Below are positions 51,433 through 63,922 of a stretch of 64,000 nt of DNA, in pieces. A program made the position numbers and the translations under genes. Location of the stretch: assembly GCA_013265495.1 (NCBI GenBank), contig MU058781.1, positions 4,589,050 to 4,653,049 on the forward strand, written 5' to 3'. Source of the DNA: Vicugna vicugna (Eukaryota). The first letter of the stretch is position 1, and each line of letters starts with the position of its first letter. Below the pieces are notes generated by a model. The model ran no database searches. It saw only the letters and a list, made by a program, of their open reading frames with translations, and was not told where the DNA came from.

Positions 51433-51639
51433 CACAGGCATAACCGAAACCGGGACCAAGAGCAAAGAAACAGTAGAAACAGTCCCACCGGTGGTGGCTC
51501 ATTTATGACCCTGATAACCTGTCTGTGTGATGATCAGACTTAAACATCTGAAGAGCTGTGGTAATATATACAAGAAAAGACAGAGGTAATTCAACTGTAC
51601 TTCAATAGTTTTTTTAAAAGATGGCATTTCATCTGAGAA

Positions 51640-52001
51640 CTAGAACTTTTAAAAAAGAGACTAATGGAAATTCTAGAACTGAAAGATACAGCTGAAATTA
51701 GGAACTGAATAAATGCGTCTAATAGGTTGTACAGAGAAGTAGAGAGGACTAGTGAACAGGAATATAAATTAGTAGAAAATATCTTGCCTCAGGTTTAGGG
51801 AGCAAAATGGATGGAATAGGACACATGTGGGGCCTATGTCCCCTAAAGAGATATAACTACAAAAAGTTAACGTAATTGGAGTCCTCAAAAGGAGGAGAAT
51901 GGTGCAGAAGCAATAGTGGAAGAGATAATGGCAAAGAATTCTACAAAACTATCAGTAAACATCAAGTCATAGAATCCAAAAAAAATTAAAACTACGAATC
52001 C
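51640..52001 (+). mobile_element. Old L1/HAL1 ORF1-region fragment
   Basis: 'atggaaattctagaactgaaagataca','gtaattggagtcctc','agaagcaatagtggaagagataatggcaaagaatt'; continues after 52627. Confidence 0.65.
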
Positions 52002-52626
52002 TGGCGAGGATACAGAGAAAAGGGAACCCTCCCACACTTCTAGTGGAAATGTAAATTGGTACAGCCACTGTGTAAATCAGTACGGAGTTTTCTCAAAAAA
52101 CTAAAACTAGAACTACCATACGACCCAGCAACTCCACTCCTGGGTATATATCCGAAGAAAACAAAAACACTAATTTGAAAAGATACACAAACCCCAATGT
52201 TCTCGGCAGTATTTACAATTGCCAAGATATGGAAGCAAACAGAGTGTCCATTAACTGATGAATGGATAAAGAAGATGTGGTATATATACAATGGAATACC
52301 ACTCACTATAAAAAAGAACGAAATCTTACCATTTGCAGCAACATAGGTGGACTTGGAGGGCATTATGGCTAAGTGAAATAAGCCAGACAGAGAAAGGCAA
52401 TTATTGTATATTATCACTTATATGTGCAATCCAACAAATACAACAAACTAGTGAATATAACAAAAAAGAAGCAGACTCAGAGAGGAGAGGGGAGAGGAAA
52501 GAGGGAACAGGGAAAAAGGAAATGAGAGAAGGGGAGAGGGAAGTAATGTGTGTGAAACTTTTGAAAATTATAAAGCACTATAGAATTTAAAGAATCTTTC
52601 ATTCAATGAAGAAAAAACAGTTTAAC
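52002..52626 (+). mobile_element. Cetartiodactyl-type L1 3' end with TSD
   Basis: ORF2 tail 'ggcgaggatacagagaaaagggaaccct' and 3' end 'tgtgtgaaacttttgaaaattataaagcactatagaatttaaagaatctttcattcaat'; TSD ACTACGAATCC at 51991-52001 and 52627-52637. Confidence 0.9.
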
Positions 52627-53089
52627 ACTACGAATCCCAAGAAGAATAAATACAAAGAAAATAGTGAAAAGCTATGCAAACATATATAAAGTTTTGCTAT
52701 GTCCTAATTACACGTACAGACTGGTGAAAAAGAAGTAGGTGTTAGGACTGTCTGCTAAATCCAAAGGACGAAAAAGAACCAAGGAGCAACAACCCCCAAG
52801 AAAAGGCTGCCACACCCATTGAGTAACATGCTAATACTGACTTATTCTCTGGAGATATTAATTCAGCTGTACCAGTAAATATTTGTAAACAATTAGCATT
52901 CATAAGTTATTTAGGACAATACCTGACACATAGTAAAATCTATGTAAGTCTTTTCTTTTATAATACTAAGAGTAAAATAAATAAATATTGAGTACAATGT
53001 ATGTTTAGGACACTCTGCTCAGAACCTCAGAGAAATACCAACAGAAGAAGCAGATATTTTCATCAAAACAGACATTAAAGATCTAAGAA

Positions 53090-53580
53090 TCTGCAATTTT
53101 CTAAAGCTGAGGTCCTTGGACCCTTCAGGGGGTCCACAGACAGAATTCAGGGGATTCAAAAATTAGGGGAAAAGTTTTTTTTATTCTTATTTTCACTAGC
53201 TTCTAACTGAAGTTTAGCATTTTCTCCTATTCTGAATGTAAGCAACAGACCACAGTAGCTTGAGCGGTAAATATGACTTTGTTACCAATAAAAATCACGT
53301 GGCATATACAGATATCACAAAATATTGTTTACATATGACTATTTTGGAATCATGGTGGGTATTAGAGCTGCCACCAAATATTGTCAGATGCACTAACAGA
53401 AAAGCACATTATTACTGTTTGGGAAATTTGGTTTTTTAATATTTTTATAAATATACAATATAATTGGTTTCCTTTATTTTATGCACTTAAAGACACTATT
53501 CTGAGAAGAGGTACAAACATTTCAATCGCCTAACAAAGTGTCCATAGTATTAAAAAATAAAAATTAAGAATCCCTGATCT
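53090..53580. mobile_element. hAT-Charlie-like DNA transposon
   Basis: 'ggacccttcagggggtccacagacagaattcagggg' ... 'ttaagaatccctg' terminus. Confidence 0.5.
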
Positions 53581-54859
53581 AAAGGAACATTGGTCAGTTT
53601 CTCAAATTCTCAAAATCAGTTTCTCAAAGTGATTTGACTTTATCACATTTGAATAAAGAGAGACTTTAATACCATAGACGTGCGAGGGTTAAAAGCCCCA
53701 AAAATAATTAGAAGTGATTATACTGATCAATTAGTTTAAAGGATCAAGGCAAGATAAATGTAAAACAAGTTTTTTTCCTTAGGATCCTAACTGCTGAATA
53801 ATTCGTTAAACTGGGTCCCCTTGATTTAGACTTTTAATGCAATTTCCCTCTCTCATTTCCCCTTTTCTCCTCCTTGGTGTGCCTTTTGTGGAAAGCCCCT
53901 CTGTGAGCAGCCAACGAGACCAGCTTCAGCGATCAAAATCAGGTGTTTCCAGCTCTCAGCCTCCCTTGTCTGAGGCTCCTCACACTGAAGAATGTTCTCT
54001 AACCAGTGAGACTCACTGATAGGCACACAAACGGGCTTTTCCAACAGCTTATCAGCAACCCCCCACCCCAGCCCCGAAACAAAACTTACTCAGACCTCAG
54101 GATAATTACTCACCCAATTCAAAGCAAAGAGCTCATCCACACCGTAACTGAGATTTCTCTGCTTTACCTACCTTGCGTTGGCCTCAGTTTGAGCTAAAAA
54201 AGAAATATATATATCATTTCTAGTCAGGAAAAGTTCACCTGATCAAAAAAATATGTGAGGAACAGAAAGAAAGCAATACCTTTTCACCACTGTCACTTTT
54301 TATCAGCTTCTGTATGTGAAGGTTGTATTAAAATTAAATTTTTCCTCATAAATGAAATTAGCTCTTCTGCATCCAATAAGACACTAATGCCTAATTCCTG
54401 AGTACGTAAAACTTGGTAGCCATGTTTGAAGTATCTGTATGAAGAAGTTAAACTATGACATAAATAGTAAAATATAATAGAAAATTAATATTTCTCTGAG
54501 TTGAAGATTCTGTTGTATGTGCTATTATTTGGAGAAAGGGGAGGAACTGACATTTATCTAATCAACCCAAGGCCAAAGAAGACAGCCCAGAAGCACACTG
54601 AATTGTAGGGGAAACCAGCCAAAAACCATCCTCTGAAATGTATCTATCCATCCTTCTTTGGTGGTGGCTCTTAAAATTGTCCCCCTCCATTCCCTCACCA
54701 TCCCCATCGAGTGTGCCCATCGCCTCCCCCCTGAACCACAGCATCAGGTCCCACATAGGCTTGCTGCTCCATCCTTCCTTGTAGAAGGACTAGTGCTGTA
54801 TGCACCCAGTCTGATGGGACCTCGCAGAGGTGGCCAGAAGCCTGGACCACTTCCATTCT

Positions 54860-55468
54860 GTACAGTTTCCAATATATTATTAAAAAGAGGAAGAAGAATG
54901 AGAAGGAGACAAGAAAGAAAAGGAGGAGAATGTACAGACACGAGCAAAGCAAGCTTGACTGCTCTCTCTAGAAAGGCCCACTTGCAAGGTTGGCCCCTGG
55001 CTGGCATCTAGGAACTTGGATTTCTGGAGACTCCCACCATTCCCTGAGAAGAGTGGCTCATTATGCCTGAACTGATTATTAGAAACAACATGGTTTATGC
55101 TTTCCTTCTGGGAGGCTGGGATTTTGGAACATACCAGTCAAAGGTGCCTACGTGACCAGCCCCCGGTAAAAACACGGGACGCTGGGTCTCGAACAAGCTT
55201 CCCTGACATACTCTATTTCACAAAGGTTGTCACAACTTGTTGCTGGAGGAATTAAGCATGTCCTGTGTGACTCCACCGGGAGAGAACTCTCAGGAGCACG
55301 TGCCTGGTTTCCCCCAGACGTCAGTCCATGAACCTTCTCCTTTTGCTGAGTTGGCTTTATATCCTTTCACTGTAATAAATCACATCCCTGAGTACAATGA
55401 TGGCCTGGGTCCTGTGAGTCCTCCTAGGGAATCCTTGAACCTGGGGTGGTCTTGGGTACCCCCAGCAC
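54860..55468 (+). mobile_element. MER21-type LTR
   Basis: 'tgcctacgtgaccagcccccggtaaaaac','tatcctttcactgtaataaatc','gtgagtcctcctagggaatc...ggggtggtcttgggtacccccagcaca'. Confidence 0.8.
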
Positions 55469-55573
55469 AGAGGAGAGGGAGAAAATACTAAAAAAGGGAA
55501 GCCACACTGTAGGTATATTTCAAATGTTTGTTGATGGTTTTTAAATATCATTTTACAGATCAATTCATAGAGA

Positions 55574-55982
55574 TGTGAAGGAAAAGCCCAGCTGGGCTAA
55601 CAAGCTCAGTCACAAATCTAAGTGTGATAAGTGTCGGTTTACTGATATAAGTTCTGCCGGGCTAACTTGTAAATCTAAAGTTTAGTGTCAGTTTACTGGG
55701 CTAACAAGCTAACTCGTAAATCCAAGCTCAACAAGTGTCAGTAACGTGATCTGTTCCAAATTGATAAGCCTCAGTGTACTGATTCCTTGCTTTTTGTTGT
55801 TTGAGCCTTATTGGCTAATAGCCCATACTTGTAATTAACCCTATAAAACCTCATGTGCACGTCTTGAAGGTGCTCAGAGCTTCGGAGCAGAAGCCCCTCT
55901 AAGCCCGCCGGCGTAATAAATCTGAGTACTCCAACCCTCCGAGTGGTGCTTGTTTCTTGGCTGGCCTGTCATTTCCGTAACA
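55574..55982 (+). mobile_element. Young ERV1 (gamma-like) solo LTR, 409 bp
   Basis: TGTGAAGG...CGTAACA ends, perfect 4-bp TSD GAGA (55570-55573 and 55983-55986), TATA 'ctataaaa' at ~55842, AATAAA at 55915-55920. Confidence 0.9.
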
Positions 55983-56779
55983 GAGAGACGGTAAATACAA
56001 AATAATTCTATTATTCACATCATAATTATAACATTTCTAAAACATACACATGAATTCATGTTGCACTAGAAGCAGTGCAGCCCGGGGATGAGCCCAGAGG
56101 GCCTATGGCGCCTGGTTTGTAAGCCTTTCTTAGCTGCAAAATCCTTGATTAAAATGGAACCTTTCCTGAAAGTCAGGAAAGTGAAGTTCCTCTGGTTAAA
56201 GACTTGCTCAGGTTCCTCCTTTGAGCCCCCCAGGAAACTTCTCCGAACCCCAGCACTTAGAGGAGGACATATTGAAAACAGCTGATCTGATTCAATCCTT
56301 TCATTTGCAGAGGAGAGAGCCCAGGCTCAGACCAAAAGGGAGATTTGGAAATAAATTCAACATTTCCCCATGCATTTTTAACACCAACAAATGAAGAAAT
56401 GAATGAAAAGCCCTCTTTGTAACCTCTCCTTTTTTAACTTCTCCTAGTCTTTCTTCTAGCTGTGCCTGTGCCCCAGGGCTTCCCTCCCTGTTCTTTCTCT
56501 CGCAGGACCTCAAAGAATGCACCCACACACACAACCAACATATTTGGTGGGCCAACTTCAAGGTCAGCCGAGTGACAGCCACTCCCACCCGTGGGGACTA
56601 TATTTGGCCATCCACTAGGATGCTGAAGCCACAAAAAGAACTCACAGAGGGGAGGTGTGGGTGAGAAGAGTGCCACAGAACATGGCAATTCCGTGTGAGT
56701 GACCCAGGGGAGACCACAGGAGGGATGTGGAACCCATGACTCGGACCTAACCAGCCTGTGACCACAAAACAATGTCATA

Positions 56780-57083
56780 CAGTCAGCTCTCCGGGTCTGC
56801 AGGTTCCACATCTGCGGATTCAACCAACCACAGATCGAAAATACACACAGAAAAGAATTTTTCAGGAAGTTCCAAAAAGCAAAACTTGAATTTGCTGCAT
56901 GCCCGCAACAGTTCACAGCTCATTAACGTTGTATTAGGCAGTATAAGGTGTCTAGCGGTGATTTAAAGTATACGAGAGCTGTCCATAGGTTATATGCAAA
57001 TACCACCCGATTTCATAGAAGAGGCTTGAGTATCCAGGGGTTTTGAGAGGCACAGTCCCCCAAGGATACTGAGGAATGACTGT
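56780..57083 (+). mobile_element. MER2 (TcMar-Tigger) DNA transposon
   Basis: 'cagtcagctctcc...ggttccacatctgcggattcaaccaaccacagatcgaaaata' ... 'gatactgaggaatgactg', TA-flanked. Confidence 0.85.
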
Positions 57084-57724
57084 ACTTCCTTCTTACACCC
57101 AAACCATCATGGCAGGAGCCTCACTGTGCTTGTCCACAGGAAAGCAAGAATTTTTCCAGGTTCCCTTCCCCACATCTCTTTGGGAACCCCCAGGGACTGC
57201 CCCCATGTTCCCCAAATCTGCCCTGATTACCACTTGCCACCCCAACCACCATCTGGCTCTAGTAATGACCCAGGGAACTACTCTAATGCCCCGAAACCTA
57301 CTGTCCAGGCAGCTGCTGTTGCCTTTACGTCACCCCAAGCCTGGGCATAAACCCTTCTCTTAATTCTCCCCAGTGTCAGTTAATAACAGACTAGAACATT
57401 TGAGATTTTACGAAAGGCCAGGGCGTGACTGAAGATAACTGCAACTTCAAGAACTTAAAACTAGAGTCTCCTTATGGCTGCTGGGCCCTGGGCCAAGAGT
57501 CGTGATCTTAATCGCTGATCTCAGGCTTATTTTTCAGGAGTCAGTTCTCCTCATCAAACCCCAGAAGTCTAAGCCCTGACCTCCCCAAACTCAAAGAGAG
57601 GAGAGATTTTCCAAAGGAGGAGGAGAAAAAAAAAACCTGCAGAAATTTATTTCCACCTATGAAGAAGACAGACTTTAGATCATTAGCCCAATTTGTCTCA
57701 AACTTCTTCATTTCTGAAGAGGAA

Positions 57725-58085
57725 CATAGAATTACTTTATTATCCGGCAACCCCACTTCTGGGATGATATCCACAGAAATTGAAAGCAGGATCCTGCAGA
57801 AATATCTGCACACCCATGTTCATTGCAGCATTAATCACAATAGCCAAGAGGTGGAAGCAACCCAAGCGTCCATGGACGGTTGAATACATAAACAAAATGT
57901 GATAAATGCATGAAATACAGTATTATTCAGCCTTAAGAAAGAAGGAAATTCTGAGAAAAGTTACAACGTGGATAACCTTGATGACACTTTGCTGAGCGAA
58001 TAAGCGGCCACGAAAGGATGAATATTGGGTGTGATTCCACTTATACGAGGTATCTAGAACAAATCCAAAGTGACAGAAGGTGGAA
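57725..58085 (+). mobile_element. L1MB-type fragment
   Basis: 'cacccatgttcattgcagcattaatcacaatagccaagaggtggaagcaaccca'. Confidence 0.85.
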
Positions 58086-60217
58086 TGGTGGAAGTCAGCC
58101 TCACTGACACTTCTCATGACTGTCCATCTCCTTCTGCTCATTGCAGGCCCACCCATTGTCTCCCAGTATCTTCTCAAATCCGTCTATGTACCCAGCAACT
58201 CATCACTTACAAAGCAGCACGTTTAAGCCATGGGACTGTTCTATGAGGAAGGCTTTCCCTCATGAGTGACTGAAACTTGTCAAAAAAAAAAAAAAGATCT
58301 TGGAGAAATGGCAAAATTCAAAAGGACCAGAGCAAAGTCTCCTGTCCTTCTGTCATTCTCTGGACTGCGAGGTGAGGTGACTGGTGACTTCAAGCCAGAC
58401 TTGGCTTGCAGATGTATCTGGGGTTGACCAGGAGAGTTCCCAACATTGAAAAATGGGGAGATTTCACAGAAAAGTCCGGACCTTGGACTCCCTTTCAGAA
58501 ACGGGAAGTCCTAGCAATGTTGGGCCTGCTTTCCTGCCCGGCAGCCGATGGAACTGAGTCACTGCCCGACATGATCCCCACGTGTTGTGGTCCCCTACAG
58601 GCCTGTCCCCTCATTCCCAAGATAGGCGTGGCCCCCAGAAGCATCTGCGCTTGGGACCTCTGTCAGAGAGGAAGAACTGAGGAATCGTGAAAGGGCCCGT
58701 TATGTGTCTCTCTCCCACCCCCAGCTCACCAGAGGGCAAAGAGTCTTACTCCTCTGTATAATCCTAACACCTAGAAGAAAATCTGGAACGTAGTAGGATC
58801 TTGTGAAATATTCATGAAACTGAACTGAGATTTGAAAAAAGAAAGTGAAAACTCTGAATCACACAATGTCCCTAACTGGTTATCTAACCTAGGGAGGATA
58901 AACTGCCCAGATGCCATGGTTGGAACAAGAATCGTGTCCCTGGGACATCGCTTTCCTCTTAAACTCTAGCTTACCTGCGGTCTCAAAGGATGTCATGATG
59001 GGGTCATACATCCGGGGCGGTCCTGCAGCCTGGACCCCCTAAGGTCGACATGCTAGGAAGGTTCCAGCACGGCAGCCTTCCCTGCGGGGTACCCGGCATT
59101 CTCCAGAGCGCACGGCCACAGCCTGTGCAAGGGAAGCCATAAAAGGTGGGGAAAGCTATTTTTAAACTTCCAAAGACCATACCGTACATTGATAATGAGA
59201 GAGTCTAAGTGCCCTGGTGTTATGGCCCCAGTCTGCACGCCATCTAAATGCTGAAGATAATAATCTTGCCTTTAATAGTAGCCCCTTGAAAAGAGCCCTG
59301 TTCAATGCAGTGTTGCATTAAATGGAAGTGCTTTTGAATAGGCTAGCTCTATTTCTTTGGGAAGAAAATCTCTGTGAATCACCATCTCCCTGCAGTGACA
59401 TATTCGTGGATTCAACTGGATGCTTCGCTGGTTTTTTTGTGTAAGCTGAAGCTGAAAATATTTCACTAAATATAAATATTCCTCTATGGTTGTAGGTTAT
59501 TTTCTGCCTATTTTCTCCCTCTTATTCATTCCCTTTCTCTTGCCAAGTTCTTACACCTACCATTTAGGAGCTATCTCTTCTTTTTTTTTATACCTCATCT
59601 AGTTTTCAGTGTCTGTTGAAGACCTCACGTAACCACTGGGGGTCCTCTTAATAGTTGGGGGACCCTCCATAAATCTCAAATAATAATAATTACCATTGAC
59701 TGAGCATGGACTGGGTGCCAGGTCCTAGATCAGGCTTTTATATGCATGGAAATATTCCATTTTTAATCGTAGAATTAAAATGTCAGCAGAATGGAAGTTG
59801 TGGCCAAATTATAGGTATCAAACAACGAGGAAAAGCCAAGAGATATGCAGAAAGAAGTCATTCATTATTTTCATACCTGGCATGGTCCAGAGAGAGAAAC
59901 ATTTTGTAAAAAAGAATGCAGGTTTATTTTCAGTTCAAAGGTCCCTTGGAATTAGATGGAAAAGACATTTCTATTACCATAAAAGCTAAAGAAATACAAA
60001 ATCTGATCGATTGATCACCATGGTGGGGTCCATGGATTGTAAATAGGCCTCCATATGTTCCATCGGGGTCACAAAAAGAAGGTACTTAAGGGTCTGAGAA
60101 CATTTTCCTGAACTTTCTTTAGTGGGTCAGCACCTTCCAAAGCTTCTCAGAAAGACTGAGAATTTAGTAGAGAAAGTGCTAATATTTTTGTGTTAGGGAG
60201 TAAGATACATATTTTTG

Positions 60218-60711
60218 ATGTTTATCTTATGCCACTCAGGCTGCCATATTTATTTATTTGTTTATTTACATATGGAGGTACCAGGGATTGAACCCAGGAC
60301 CTCATGCATGCCAAGCATATGCTCTACCACTGAGCTATACCCTCCTTCCTTCACTCAGACTCCTGTAAAAAAAAAATGGCCATAGACAGAGGCACATCTA
60401 CAACAGAAATTCATTTCTCACAGTTCTGGAAGCAAAGTCCAAGACCAAGGCATATGGAGATTCAGTGTTGGCTGAGAACCTGCTTCCTGGTCCACAGACA
60501 GCTGTCTTCCGGCTGTGTCCTCACAGGTAGAAGGGACGAGCAAGCTCTCTAGGGTCTCTTTTATAAGGACACTATTCCCACTCATGAGGGCTTTACCCTC
60601 ATGGCCTAATCACCTCCCAAAGACCTCACCTCCTAATACCATCATAGTGGGGGTTGGTCTTCAACATATATATTTTGGGGGACACAAACATTCACACAAA
60701 ACACCATAGCA
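60218..60711 (-). mobile_element. MaLR solo LTR (MLT1A-like) containing a SINE
   Basis: 'atttctcacagttctggaagc..agtccaagaccaagg','cctaatcacctcccaaagacctcacctcctaataccatca','ggggacacaaacattca...ccatagca'. Confidence 0.85.
60248..60348 (-). mobile_element. Camelid tRNA-derived SINE (Vic-1-like)
   Basis: 'ggaggtaccagggattgaacccaggacctcatgcatgccaagcatatgctctaccactgagctataccc'. Confidence 0.9.
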
Positions 60712-61602
60712 GTGTTCTAATATTTCGCAAAGTTTAAGATAATAAAGCCCATTAGCATAATAGTTCAGTCTGGTAGCTGAAACTTAGAATGCACAGTTGA
60801 ATAATTGATTCAGGTTTGTGATTTTAAGTTGAAATCTTACTGTTGATACCCTATTGGAACATTTAAGAGTATTTAAGCTCCACCATACTTATACATTTAT
60901 TAGATTTACAAAAATTACATGTTTGAAAAGATTTGTCAGATAATTTAAGTACTTAACAAAGAAATGGGATATGTTAAATTTATAAGTGCAGTTTAAAATA
61001 CATAAAAGAGATTCAATTCATTGAGCTTATGATATAGAAAAAACGTAATTCAAAGGCTATTTTAAAATGACTGTTAAAACATGCTAGAATGAATACTAAG
61101 ATTCTTAAGAACTTAAAAAGGATCTAGATTTCTGAATTTGTAACTTCAATTAATAAAATGCTACTTCATAAAACTGAAATAAACTATGAAATTATCTTTC
61201 ATACACACAGTAAATAGCCCTTGAGGATATCCAAAAATTTAAATGTAAAAGATCAGTATTGCAGGCCTCGCTCCTGACATCTAAGGACTTGCCAGATACT
61301 CTTCCAACAGCATCTCTCAGGGAGACTCCTGTTACCATGGGTACTGCCTCCTGACATCAGTGTCCACACCAAATCCTCCTACCCTCTGAGAGCTCTCAGG
61401 GCTGTGGATCTGAGAGTGAACTTTCCACTCAAAAACCTCTCAAAGTCTCGAGCAGCAACATTGCAAATTCCCAACACCTTTACAGAAGCAGAATTCCTTC
61501 TCCAAGGCTCATGCACCAAAAGTTTTCCTAAAGGCTGGAAATCCTTAAGGTACCTAGAGATTAAAGAGGCTGAGGAGATAACCAGGCTCATGTATGTGCC
61601 TG

Positions 61603-62240
61603 TGTCAGGACGGAAGAACTTTTCCTCTACCCTCTTAAGTTCGTAAGCTGGAGGATTGCAAATTAACGTACAAAGGACAGATTCACAGGAGGGAAGGAAT
61701 ACAAATTTTATTAATATTTTATGTGCACAAGAGCTCACAAAATAGAAGTGAAACCCAAAGAAGTAAGGAGACTCAGACATATTGCAAATTAACTTAACAA
61801 AAGACAGATTCACAGGAGGGAAGGAATACAAATTTTATTAATATTTAATGTGCATGAGAGTTCACTCAAAGAAGTGAGGAGACTCAGACATACCATTTTA
61901 ACCAAGAAAAGGGGGTTTGGGCTTCAAGGGATGATAAATTGTGGGAAGGTGACGAGGAAATATAAGGGGGAACTAATGGAAGATAAGGGTTATTTTAGTA
62001 AAGTTTGTTTATACAGACCCATCTCAGTGCCCACGCTCCATCTTGAGTGATAAGTTGCTCTCCTCTTCCTGGTATGAGAGAGAGGGACACCTTCACAAAG
62101 GAAAATTTATGCTGCTTTTAGGCAGAAAGGGGGAGGGAAGAGAATGCTTCCTGCATCTGCTGATTCTCAATTGCCTTCAGCTCAAAATAATCCTTATGCC
62201 AAAGTGGCGTATTTGGAGTGGTGTGTCCTGCTCCCCTTCA
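61603..62240 (-). mobile_element. ERV1-class solo LTR (same group as the 36.3- and 48.2-kb LTRs)
   Basis: Reverse complement starts TGAAGGGGAGCAGG and ends ...CCTGACA; 'ccttcagctcaaaataatcct' mirrors the plus-strand copies. Confidence 0.75.
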
Positions 62241-63759
62241 CATGGTACGCTGGAAGGGTCTAATAAATGTGAATGTATGAAAGACCTAAAAACTCTTTTG
62301 CCAATGCCCAGCAAATGTTAAATACGAAAGGGAAACCTGACTGACACCACGGTTATTGACAGAGCGTGGGGAAGGCCCCGGTGCCTTCATGCAGATCTTT
62401 GCAAGGGTTAATGACTGCTTCTTTGAATCTCAGTGTAGCAGCTGCAAATGACATCAGATTTTCTGCCACAATGGCTTAAATCAAAACAATGAATCCATCA
62501 AGGGGAAGGCCAAGGGAACCATGTGGGGCTCACAGGCAAGAGCGCGGCAGAGGGGTCCAAACAAACGAGGTTGGGAGAGATTTTCACTGCTGTTTGAGAA
62601 AACCTCAAAATGCGAATGTTTCAGGCATTTTCACAAAAGAGTAACTGCCTGTCTCACTGGGAAAAAGACATCCAGGGCAGACGTCCAGAGGCACAGGATG
62701 ACTGCACTTCGGCCCAGCGCGGGGCCTGACAGAAGGCTGGGAATTTGCTTAATTAGTTTGAACAACAAACGCACGTGTCCTCCCTGAGCTCTTTGTCCTC
62801 CGAGGTCCTCTCATCAGGTAAGAGAACTGCCACATCGCACATGCTTGCAATCATCATCTTCCTAAGAAAACACACGCTCTGGAATAGTCAACAGTCCTCT
62901 TCCTAGAGAGACCCAAAGCCTAAGAAACAAGCACGACCTTCAGAATTGCTGCAGGAACAATCCTGACACGTTGATTCTTCAATGAACCTCTGTGAGGAAC
63001 AGCTGACAGTCGTTTTTGCCGATCTGTACAGACGTTTTGCCTACGTCTGCGGGTGCAGCCCCGTGCGTGACCACGTTTCCACCGACTGTCTCAGCGGCCC
63101 CACGGACCAAACCCTAGAGAAAGAACAATGACCTGGAAAAGCAACGCAGAGTGTTCTTTCCCAGGAAGTCTCAGGACAGGTATTTTCTTAACTGTTCTGG
63201 GTTCATCGTATGCAATGAATTCCCTACAGCGAACGACTTCACTTTCTCTAATAACTCTGAAGAGACCAAGAAGTGATGCAATCTCATCTCCTTCTCCGTC
63301 AACCACCTGCAAATCTCTCACTGCTTGTACTCAGCAGCCATTCCCCAGACTCCAGAAAGTGTGAGCAGCCCACAGGTGGGTCCCAAGGGAAGGAAGGAAA
63401 GTGATGGAAAGAGGGAGTCAGGGTGGTGGGAGGGGGAAAAAGAATCATATTTCTCTTGCGAAGAGTGAAACAGATGCTCAGGTGATGAACATAACTTCCA
63501 ATTACTTGCCACAAACCAACCCTGAAATTTAAAGTTACTGTATTTCCTCAACAGACTAACAGGCAGAGGATCTAGTCTGTAAATAACAAGGACTTTATAC
63601 TCTTAAATTTGGGGGTTTTATGTGAAACCCTACCCTTATCCCAGCATTTCCTCTTTGTGGTGGAACAAGCCAGCTCTGATCTTGAATGCTTAGCAGCCCT
63701 TCTCATAAAACACTGCGCCAGGCTAAAACGGAGTTAGGACTAGTCCTCTCAGAGTATGA

Positions 63760-63922
63760 AGCTAGGATCCCCTGTTTTGGAAACACTTGAGCAGCCTGTG
63801 AAAAAGTGTAGATTCCTGGACCACAACCCAGACCTACTGGCTGTGATTATCAGGAGGCTCTGCATTTTTAACTAGTGCCCTTGGAGGAGTCTTGGGCATA
63901 ATACAATTTGAAAAGTACTGTT
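63760..63922. mobile_element. MER5-like fragment
   Basis: 'gtagattcctggaccacaacccagacctactg...tctgcatttttaac...tttgaaaagtactg'. Confidence 0.6.

Noticed and set aside
60005..60150. Minus-strand EKLWKVLT ... HGDQSI resembling RdRp motifs B and C (QKLWT...GDNQ)
   Set aside because: Spacing is ~40 codons against ~23 expected, and neither GDN nor the GEG/GIEG element is present.
335..63551. Supplied ORFs of 60-166 aa as protein-coding genes
   Set aside because: None has a recognisable domain or exon structure. Many lie in repeats (e.g. 6932-7360 in MLT1; 28486-28707 and 52040-52417 in L1). They are consistent with chance ORFs.
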